Assembly: GCA_002633005.1 (NCBI GenBank)
Contig: NMRA01000329.1
Span: forward strand, 23,219 to 87,218
Length of the DNA stretch: 64,000 bases
Reading direction: 5' to 3'
DNA from: Phoronis australis
Lineage: Eukaryota; Animalia; Phoronida
Under the pieces are notes generated by a model, which was not told the DNA's origin, did not search any database, and saw only the letters and a list, made by a program, of their open reading frames with translations. Position numbers and translations under genes: made by a program. How positions within the stretch are numbered: the first letter of the stretch is position 1; every line of letters begins with the position of its first letter. This document shows, piece by piece, positions 54,708-64,000 of the stretch.

Positions 54708-54795
54708 GTGCGAGCAATTTCAAGATGTCCACCAAGAACGGACCAAATGGAAGGTGACTGGAGTGATGAAATTGTGGTACAGCTGAAAGAGTCAG
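54708..54795 (+). CDS. Exon: FN3 repeat 5, C-part
   Basis: tgcag| VRAISRCPPRTDQMEGDWSDEIVVQLKES g|gtaaag, phase 0-1. Confidence 0.85.
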
Positions 54796-55199
54796 GTAAA
54801 GCCCAAAGGAATGACACGAATATGCGTCTTTGTAACTAGGGATCAATTTATGAAACAAATCCAATTACTACAGGACTGTGCATCAGAAATTGTATCCTCA
54901 TTTTAAACACACTGGCTTTCAAAAATGGCAAGAATTACTAATAGGCCAAACCCGGATTACGGCATTGAACGCCAGGCGAACATGGACATTTTTTGCATAC
55001 TTACCTTCATACACCGAGCAAATATTCTCCTAACTTTTGAGTGTGTTCGGGCTTATGGTATGCTACGTCGACCACATGGGAATTTTGCGACACTCTCCTG
55101 GGTTAACGCCCAGTGCGTTGAAAGAGAGAACCTCAATAATGAGGCGATAAGTTTTAAAGTGAACATGAGTATCAACCCCGACAACATCGACTAAACGAG

Positions 55200-58100
55200 T
55201 TGTTTTTACAACACCCCAGTGTTCTCAAGGCCTTTCCGGAACCCAGACCCACCAATAAGTCCCAGTGAGTATTGAGTTTTTTCTGGCGATGCGCGATAAA
55301 TAAGCGGGTCAGTATACAACAAACAATAAACCTGCGATTATTGTTGATGCGTTAACAACACCCAGGTGTGCAACATTTTGCCGTGAAACTTGTGCAGATG
55401 ATGAAATGGAGGGTTTATCTGCGAGACAGGTGAGTCGTAAACCTGCTCTTAAATTTATCCCGCAGGGTACTGTTGAGTCGCGTTAGGATGCCCTGGAGGG
55501 AAAAGTTGTCGTTCCTTGAATCATCTAGCCTTCAACTTCAGGTGGATGCCTCTTTTCGTAAGTCAGACAATTCCCAAATCCACAAGAAACTAGACCGCAT
55601 AAAGACTGAACTGAACATCAAGTGCGGTGAAATGACAAATAATTTCAATAAGCTATTTCATTGCTGCAAAATTAGTTGTCAAGGCGATTGCATGATTGGA
55701 ATGCGCAGCGCTTTTCGCTGTATTTTCCGTGCTCTGATAATTCTCAACGAAGTTTCCCAAGCTCTTTATCTAGATGCCCATATACATGTACACCGAGGAG
55801 TTTTGAATGTAACCAACTGGGTCTTTATCGGCGTCTGCACCTAGGTCTAGTGCGAAAATTAGCGAAGATCATTTAAACGCCAAAGGGCCTCGTTGGGTAC
55901 ATCAAGAAATCTATTAAAAAAGTTAATTTTCATTTCGGGTCATCTGTAACAGATTCATCTCTTGAGGGGAATGCGCCTGTTGTGTCTGATAACACTGTTT
56001 CTGAGTTGTTACCGAGTCCGTGGGTGGAATCCCCTACCTACTGCACACTCGTTAGTTGAAACGCTTCCGAGTGATCAAAACGACAGGACTAGTGCAGAGT
56101 CATTACAGGTGAATTCACCTAATCCTCCATCTCATACGGGAGGGCAGGTTTCATTCAATTCCGTTTCCATTAAACCAACAGGTGTCAATGCGCCTGTCGA
56201 GGCTGACAGTTTTTTCGATTACTTAGAAACTGTTGAAGTCAAGAAGAGTACGACGGGTAATATGCATTAATGCTTAATAGAATTAATGGAACTGTCCTTG
56301 ACGCCATTGACTTCGGGGCTTATAGCACCATAATCTCGCACCGTTTGTACAATTTGCTAGACATCGGTTTTTCACATAATAAAAATATAAATACGGCTGG
56401 GTGAGATTTGGCTATGCCGGGTTTTCGTATTCGCCCAGCAACTCTCGCGTTCCAACATCTAGATTTTGATGCTTCATTAGTCGTGGCTAATATTAACTAT
56501 CCTTTTTTGTTAGGCAAAGTTATGAAACGGGTACATGCAGTAATTAGCAAGGATACAAAAACTTTGGAAATGAAGTATGGAGTTCCTTCTAAGTTATTAC
56601 CTGCGGTATTATTCGCTAGATCAGCCTGCATATCTCCAAACACTGTAAGACGGGTTAGGTGACCCGACATTTCAACCAACGGCGCTGTTTGAAGCCAATT
56701 TATTAGAAGTAGTTCGGGGTTTTTCGGTACCTTGCCCTTTCCATAATTTTGATTATTTTTATTACTTCTCAGTATCGTGTTAGGTTAGTAGCCCGTACAC
56801 CACTGGTTTCGGTGCAAAGTGTTGATGACTGGACTGAGGTTCCGTCACTTCATTAGCTGGAGGTGACGTTTCGGTTAAAAATGTTACCGGTGAACAACAT
56901 TGGTGAAGTGTCGATAAGGGCAAGACTGAAACTAAACTAAACTAAACTAAACTTTAGGGCGTTTTTGTCAGATCTAGGGTTTCACTTTCGTACGACGAGT
57001 CGTCAGAATTACATCGATTACTCTTTCATTACGCTGATGTGTTTGCAGCCGATGATGTGGATTTGGGCTATTTTACGCACCTAGAACACGTGATCGTCGC
57101 AAGAGATGCTCTACCAAAAAAAAAAAATTACTATGCAGTGTACTCCGAGTTGTTTCGTTTTGGTGGAGGAGGATCATCTTGACCAAATGCTTAAGGCGGG
57201 TGTGATTACACAGTCAAGTAGTGAGTCGGCTGCGACTCCGGTTTTAATCAGAAGGAAAACTGACGGTTCAGTCCGATGCTGGATTGACTACAGGAAGAAG
57301 TTATGTTCTGTCTGTATTTAAGCACGTGTTTTGTACACACGTACATCTTTGATTCGGCGACTATGAAAGGGAAATGTAAAACATTATCTCATCCGTGGAA
57401 GGGACTGGGTATTGTTATCGAAGTTTTGACTCCAGCGTTTTATCGGGTAATAGTTAAGAATTTGGTTTCAGTACTCCATCATGACTGGATAAAATTATGC
57501 ACGGCGCAGCATACAGAGTTACCCGACTGGCTAAAGAGGGCCATTTCTGCTGGGAATGGCATTAACACCAATACCGGGAACGGGGACCCGGAGCTTTTTT
57601 GCAACTGTCGTAAACTTGATCACGGGTTCTCGTGACGATTGGATTCGTGGGGATTGTGTTAATATTACAGCTAATAACTGCAGTGATATTGACATTTATC
57701 AGTGTCCTCGGTGCAAGCCATGAGCTTCTGGGATTTACTTACAGAGCGCGTCATTTCCAGGCAAGCTACTCGTGAGCGGGGGAGGTACATGACTTTGTAT
57801 ATATTTATATGTGTATATACCTCTTTGTCTTGCATTTAAGGGCAATATCGTCGCGTACGTGTAACTGTTAGGACTTCCAGTATGATCTTGTTGTTTGTTT
57901 TGTTTTTCCTTGTTTAGTGGTGCGTTATCTTGTGTTAGAATCCTACTTGGGGTAGTTGGGCGTTCTTTTTTGTTTTTATATTTTTCTTTGAGTGCACTGT
58001 TTTTTGGTCAGTAGGTTTTATTTCTGTTTTTTCAGGCCACTGTGTTTAGGATAATTTTCTTTTGGGTTTCATGTGTTAGTTGTGGAGTGATGTCACATCA

Positions 58101-58781
58101 GGTGTTATGAACCTTTTCGTTTTTACTGTACGTGTTTTATTGTGTTTTTTAATGGGAGTTTCTTTCGTCTGTGATTACATTTGGTACGGCTGTTTGTCTT
58201 CTAACATTTATTTGGTAGGGGAGTGATTGGAAATTATTTTTTTTTGTTTTTTGATGTCTTCGGGGGAATGCTACGGAACCTTCCTTTTTAGGAAGGGGAG
58301 GAGTGTTGTGAACGTGTTATTCTCTCGTTTTGTGACTTCATGCGGTGCTGTCTGTGTTTGCCCCTGTGTTTGTTGTTTTCATGGTGTGTCATAACTGAAA
58401 ATTCCGGACGCTTTCTTTGAAGACGTGATGTCTACTCAATTTAGCTCCGAAGTTGAGAATATGGAGGTGGACCAACTTCGGTTTCATGCTGCATTTAAAA
58501 ATAGAGATGAGTGTTCTGGATCAGTGGTCGGATAGTCTTAATAGCCCGTTTTTCAAGGCCTTTCCGGAAGCCAAACCCACTAATAAGTCCCAGTCAATAT
58601 TGAAGTTTTGTCTCAGGATGCATGAAGACGTTTCTTTCGTATCGTACTGGCTTGAGTCCAGTAGTGCGTTACTTAAGTGGAGTCTACCGGCTATAATTCC
58701 GGTCAGCCCATCTCCTGTTTGCAGGCCGCGTTTACTAAATTTTCATAACTGGGCGAATTGTATGGACAATGTAGTTACAAC
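55200..58781 (+). mobile_element. Degenerate Ty3/Gypsy LTR retrotransposon in an intron (left boundary approximate)
   Basis: RT N-terminal remnant DQMLKAGVITQSSSESAATPVLIRRKTDGSVRCWIDYRK (~57170-57300) and protease-like remnant ~56290-56500. Polypurine tract AGGAAGGGGAGGAG precedes TGTTG at 58304 (3' LTR). 5' LTR ends CAACA at 55375, followed by PBS-like TGCCGTGA. A shared LTR segment occurs at ~55215-55280 and ~58545-58610. Confidence 0.8.
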
Positions 58782-59189
58782 CGAGTAAGGCGCCATCGGA
58801 TATTCATTCTGTTGCCCCTTTGCATAATAATTGCCTCACCTTCATACAAATTACTGAATACTCGACTGCTGTCTCGGTGGTCGTGTTTCCAAATCTCGTA
58901 TTATGTTGGCAGAAGTTCTTGAAATGGTTGTTCTTTTGTGACAACGGCTTGGTCATGTGATCAGGAACAGCCTTGAGGTCGACTAATAATTCCAGAAAGA
59001 AGAACGCTGGTAGAAAGCAAGTACATGTGTCTCAGTGCTTTGCTATTGAAGGGTAACTGCATACAATTAACTTGACCAACTGCGTCTGTAGTATCAACGA
59101 AATAGATTTAGGGACTTGTATGAATGTATTTCCGTTACTTTGTTTATTTTACATTCCATGTTTCTGTAAATGACTTTTTCTCTGTTCAG

Positions 59190-59293
59190 TCCCTGGTCCT
59201 CCATCGGGACTTACAGCTACCAAAGCCAGACACAGTCTAGCCTTGTCGTGGAACCAACCGAGGATGCAAAACGGACAAATAACACAATACAAG
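59190..59293 (+). CDS. Exon: FN3 repeat 6, N-half
   Basis: VPGPPSGLTATKARHSLALSWNQPRMQNGQITQYK|gtaacc, phase 1-0. Confidence 0.92.
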
Positions 59294-59650
59294 GTAACCA
59301 TTGTTGTATCCGATTCTTGTTGGAGTGTTTTTGCATGCCTGCTAATATGTTTTCTTTCGGATTTTGTCGTTTTCGACTTTTCTTATATCTCAATAACGGA
59401 ATTCTTTGACTGAAATCTGAACCTGTAAACATTTAAGGGTTAACTTGTGGACATGAGTGCGGTCCGCATTACAGTTTCTGAAAAAGTGATTAAATGAAAA
59501 AAATCGCTTGTTCCAAGAATATCATTTACAGGAAATCTACTCGGTGTTTCCTGCAAAATTAAAATTAAAGTCTGTTTCTAAGGTATGAATTGTGACAACT
59601 TATATCGATGGAAACACAAAGATGAAGTATTTTCTTGTCAAAATTTTCAG

Positions 59651-59858
59651 ATTTCATGGATGCTTTTGAACACCTACAGAGAATCATCGAAGAAACTAAT
59701 TGGAGTCGCAAAATCTCGCGTAAATCATAGCATATCCTCGCTGGATTTTAACATGAAACATTTGATACCAGGAAGTCTGTACCAAGTGAACGTTTCTGCT
59801 AGCACTTCAGTTGGTTATGGACCTCCGGTGTCACGTGACTTCTGGACCAATTTACCAG
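59651..59858 (+). CDS. Exon: FN3 repeat 6, C-half
   Basis: ISWMLL...KHLIPGSLYQVNVSASTSVGYGPPVSRDFWTNLP, phase 0-1. Confidence 0.92.
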
Positions 59859-60465
59859 GTAATGTTCATGGCTGAAAAACGGAATAAAACATCGTGATGA
59901 AGAACATTCTGCAGCATTGTACTAATTTAAAATCAACTCTTAAAACCAAATTAAATACTGCCTGATAAGCGCCACCTGTCGACTAGTTCAACCTATGCTC
60001 GATGTTCCTTATTAAAGTTGCTATGTCTCGTTTAACTGTGAATATGCAAATGACGTACTATTTTACAAACAACCCCTTCTGGTGTGCCGGAAACCATTTG
60101 TGTACCCGATACCATTAAAATCTCTCTAAAGTCTCCTTTTGCGAGACTATTTTTATGAAAGTGAGTATGATAATGTGAAACACAGCACAGTTTTTATTAT
60201 TTGTTCATCTCACTATCAATTAACGATAGTGCAATATTTTGAAATTTTAGGGCTTTTATATGTTCACACTTGTTTTTAAGTATATTACTTGAGGTGTTTT
60301 CTTTAATACCGCAATTTATTTACAAATTGTTTCTTTTTTCTAATTATACATGTTCACCTAGTTCTCTAGGAAGTCACGAGGTGGCGCTTGCTACAATTTT
60401 AAATATTCACAGCATCTTTAAATACCAAGTACAATTCTTCCAATACATATTTTGCTAAAATCCAG

Positions 60466-60568
60466 AGCTTGAAGATGCGTCTGGCATTAACCTGGACACT
60501 CAAAAGATGACGGAGACTACTGTTACGATGTCACTTCGACCAGCTCCCATTCCTCAACAGTTTGTCAG
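60466..60568 (+). CDS. Exon: membrane-proximal FN3-like module, part 1
   Basis: ELEDASGINLDTQKMTETTVTMSLRPAPIPQQFVS, phase 1-2. Resembles the 'TxTTITVxLxPA' stretch of R2B RPTPs. Confidence 0.82.
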
Positions 60569-61427
60569 GTACTTCTGCCGTTGGCTGTATTCTGATTCAG
60601 TTAGCTATTTTAGTAATTAGTTATTGTCCACATATTTACAATCCCGTTTTTCCTAACATTTTTTCTTGCATCCTTTCAAATTGACCGAGTCCATACATGT
60701 AAGTTCCCAGGTGATTTGCTGCTGGCGTAACACAACATACTTTGCACTGAAATTTCATTTGGAAAACGAAAACTTGAGTTACTTGTGCTGTTTACATATT
60801 TATTATGAAATATTTCAACTAAATCTGAAAATTGACCAAAGGCTTTTAAAGACCTTATAGCGGTCACAAACCCGCGTTTTTCCATTCAGTAAACATTTAA
60901 TATATTTCATCTTCCGCTGTAAAATTGGCCTCAACTTGGTATATACTCGGATGAAAAGTGACGTAAGGTATGCTAAGAACTGACAGTTCGTTGACCCTTA
61001 ATTAAAACCGTGCTTGGTCAATAAAAACCACGTCAGTTTGCACAAGTGTGTCTCAAACAGCAACGAAGTGTCAGCCAGCTCTTTTGAATTCCAGCCCTGA
61101 AATCACCACTAATTTGACTAAGAAACAATTCCATAACGGCATTTTGTCTCATTCAAAATTTGCTTTGAATGGAAGCCGGATTTGTCACCTTAACTGGTTG
61201 ATTGTGTCCAAATCTGTAGATTTCTGGCGGGAATTTCACACAGGCAAAGACAACTGATCATCGGGTTATTTGTAAGAGAATTAACTTATCCCTGATGATA
61301 ACTAATACATTTTAGTTGTCAGATTCAAGTGCCAGTTAAGTAAGTGTTTCAGCTGTCTCTGTATCAAGCATGGAGTCACTAAACAGTTTTAATTTCTACT
61401 TGAGTAATTACACATTTGTCATTCTAG

Positions 61428-61698
61428 TCATTACACAATCATCGTGGAAAAGAAATCGGACTCAAGGACAAAAAGAAGTGATGCAGTAGTCGACGATTCT
61501 AAAATTCTTGACTTCAAAAATGCAAAGAAGCTCGGGCAGTTATTCTATATTACTGCTCGTCTCAATACTAGTGACGTGGAATGGATTAGGGATTTTGTAA
61601 TTGGCGACAACAAAACATATGGTGGATATTTTAATGGACCACTTGAGGAAGGTGGCTTATACAAGTTCCAGTACGGCTATTCAGCTTCGAACGACGGG
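61428..61698 (+). CDS. Exon: membrane-proximal FN3-like module, part 2 (furin site RTKR, GDNKTY motif)
   Basis: HYTIIVEKKSDSRTKRS...FYITARL...FVIGDNKTYGGYFNGPLEEGGLYKF, phase 2-0. Confidence 0.92.
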
Positions 61699-61946
61699 GT
61701 AACGTTTACTTCCATTATCATGCCTGTATGAAGTCTATAGGCTTCCATGCAGCCATTGCATTACGTGATACTCGCGATCTTGTGAAACATTTTCTTAATG
61801 TGCACAACGAGGTAGTTGAAAACAGGTTATTGTACGTAACACTCCTAAATCTACCAAAAACAGTATGTGTAGGTGGACGTATATGTTAAATTCTGTTTGA
61901 CACAATTATCATTTTATTGTTGATTTTTCTCATTTTATTACCTCAG

Positions 61947-62010
61947 GAAAACAAAACACATTACCAGTACGCAATTGTGGACGGAAAGGCGACAGAAGCA
62001 TTCATCGAAG
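61947..62010 (+). CDS. Exon: extracellular juxtamembrane segment
   Basis: ctcag| ENKTHYQYAIVDGKATEAFIE g|gtaatt, phase 0-1. Confidence 0.8.
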
Positions 62011-63055
62011 GTAATTTACCTTTACGTCAACGCCGTGGTGCACATTATTTCCCGGTGCTGATGCCATTTTTGATAAAACTTCACCCCATGAAGGAATTGC
62101 ATAGCAAAAATCGCTTCTTGTGAAAGTTCATTTCCAGAATATTTCATATTGTCTGACTTTCTCATGCGATGCCTGAACTCGCAGTGCATCACAAAACAAC
62201 TTTAAAGTTAGGTCACTTACTATTATGAAGCTCGTGTCGAAAATGTTTCCTTTAACATGTTGAAGATTAGTCCAATGGTTTGAATGAAATGACAGTTAGT
62301 TAATGAGATCATGCTCTACAAGATGGTCTGGGTGAGTCATTTTATGCCTAGCTCAATGGTTAACTAACAGTCATTTCTTTGCAAACTCAGAAATTGCATT
62401 TCGTATGAGTAAGAATTATATTAAAATCGATTTTATAGCGGTATATAGTCTAAATCAAAAACTCTCTTCTCTGACGAAACTCGGAGTAATTTTATTAAAA
62501 CACAATTATAATACTGTGTAACCTTCGCTAACCCTTAAAAGGTTTGGAACAGATTGCTTGCGTAGGTTGCTAATCAAAAGGCGTTAGTAACTCTTTGGAC
62601 GAGTTGATCGCGGACTGCGGGAAATGACCGCCGAAATTGAACCACAATATCTACTTTATGACCGTGTGAGGAAGTGTTTTATCTGTTTAATGCTGTTAAC
62701 TCTCAGTACCAGTAACTCAGCTCTAACCCTGTGCCCACGGACTAAAAGAAAAAATTAATCGTCACGTAAGCCATGACTTACTTTAGGCGATCAGCAAAAA
62801 CAAATTTTCTCGTCTCTGGTGCCTTTTGTTATTTGATAAAGTGAGTAACTGAAAATACCGCAACACCGTTTCGATGTCCAACCATGTGCTGTTTTGGCAT
62901 AAAAAACCGCTTTGGGCGAAACTGCCAAGTCTTGACCATTCTTCGAAAGTGTTAGCGGTTACGTGATCACCACGTCTCCGTGATGGCCTGTTTTCATCAT
63001 ATAGCATTTTGACCGTGTTTGTGCAATCGCGACGAAACTTATATTTCTTTTACAG

Positions 63056-63182
63056 TAAGAAACTTTCGACGAGAAAAGGAAGTAAAAGGACGAGCCGAGG
63101 CTGAACAATTTGTGTACATTGGAGGGTCTTCTGGAGGGGTCGTCGTCATTTTGGCGGCGTTAGCTGGCTTTGTGTTTTACAG
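63056..63182 (+). CDS. Exon: transmembrane helix
   Basis: tacag| ...EQFVYIGGSSGGVVVILAALAGFVFYR ag|gtac. Hydrophobic ~23-aa run followed by Arg. Confidence 0.88.
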
Positions 63183-64000
63183 GTACAATGTAGAGTGGTA
63201 TTAGTTACCGGGCAAAACATTCATTGTGTGAACCGCTTGAGCGCTTTTGAAATGCACTTTGCGCGACTAAGTAACGTACAGTGTAGCGATATCTTGCGTG
63301 GGATGTTGTTATCGAGTCTTCGCATGTAACCAAATTGTGCAAAAGTCTTACCTCAATGAACGTATCCATGTTTTGACAGTAAATAGTCCAGATAATTTGA
63401 TTTTTGACTTTATACCAATCTGCCATTAATTGGTCACATTCATTTTGTTAAAATTATGCTAAAATGTGCATTTACAACAAAACTACGTTACTTGTTCAAT
63501 AAAATGGTCACATTTCTATCTGATGTCATTGTTTAAAAAGAAATCTCAAAACACCGTTATCGTTTGGTCTTATAATTATAGTTTTGAAAAACAGTATATG
63601 AATCAAAGTATCTGGTAGTTTTATTTGTATCAGATCAGTCAATTCTGAAATAAGATGTTCGAACTTTTCCAAACCTGCAAACTTTTCTGGGACGCCACAT
63701 AACCTTCCAGTATCCGGTTGCATGAAATAGTACCAAAAATTCCCTAAATCTTCAAAGTATTTGTGGACTTGTGAAAGCAATGATTGTACTTTCATATGTT
63801 GTTTGAAATTAATCATTAAGGCAATTTTGGCTTTGATGCAAATCGAGAGTGAACACTACGTTGAATTATCGGTATCATTGAAAATAAGAAGGGATCTTTT
63901 TATGCAAAGTCTCTAATTTAAGAACTAAGTCCCTATTTATCTTGACTGAAATAAGCTCAGTTTCTGGTTGTACTCTCATTAGTCACAGGGGACATGATAA

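Larger units (their letters stand above)
23011..63182 (+). other. Multi-exon gene for a Tie-like / RPTP-like single-pass receptor (Ig-Ig-EGFx4-FN3x6-FN3-like-TM); 5' end uncertain, 3' (cytoplasmic) part outside the window
   Basis: 19 exons with AG acceptors and GT donors (one GC) join in one stop-free frame with consistent phases (~3436 nt). Translation shows Tie2-like motifs (GAYFC; GVYS...RLIVR; CICPPGF.G..CE; DPYGCSCATG), FN3 W/Y patterns and a hydrophobic TM segment. Confidence 0.92.

Noticed and set aside
55196-58786. CGAGT as the TSD of the Gypsy element
   Set aside because: It would make the 5' LTR much shorter than the 3' LTR and misplace the shared core. It may be a chance match.
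23011-63182. Assigning a gene symbol (TEK/TIE1 or PTPRK)
   Set aside because: The domain count differs from both and the catalytic domain is not visible, so orthology cannot be claimed.

Overview
This is eukaryotic (animal, probably marine invertebrate) genomic DNA: AT-rich, intron-rich and with several N-gaps. No prokaryotic-type features are present. The main feature is a large + strand gene, reconstructed by hand as 19 phase-compatible exons (23011-63182, ~1145 codons). It encodes the ectodomain and transmembrane helix of a type-I receptor: two Tie/TEK-like Ig domains, four Tie-like EGF repeats, six FN3 repeats, then a membrane-proximal RPTP-type FN3-like module (furin site RTKR, motif FVIGDNKTYGGYFNGPL) and the TM helix. 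The cytoplasmic part lies beyond the window end and the signal-peptide exon is unresolved. One intron must use a GC donor to stay in frame. Introns and upstream DNA hold many mobile elements: a deleted Academ-type DNA transposon with a nested TIR element, a Gypsy LTR remnant with a C-terminal PHD finger, a non-LTR RNase H remnant, a TTAA-flanked Kolobok-like foldback, a duplicated composite unit (tRNA-like head plus hairpin), several MITEs and microsatellites. The first 10 kb show splice and polyA signals suggesting small, possibly non-coding or micropeptide, convergent transcripts (low confidence). Most ORFs in the supplied track are spurious.
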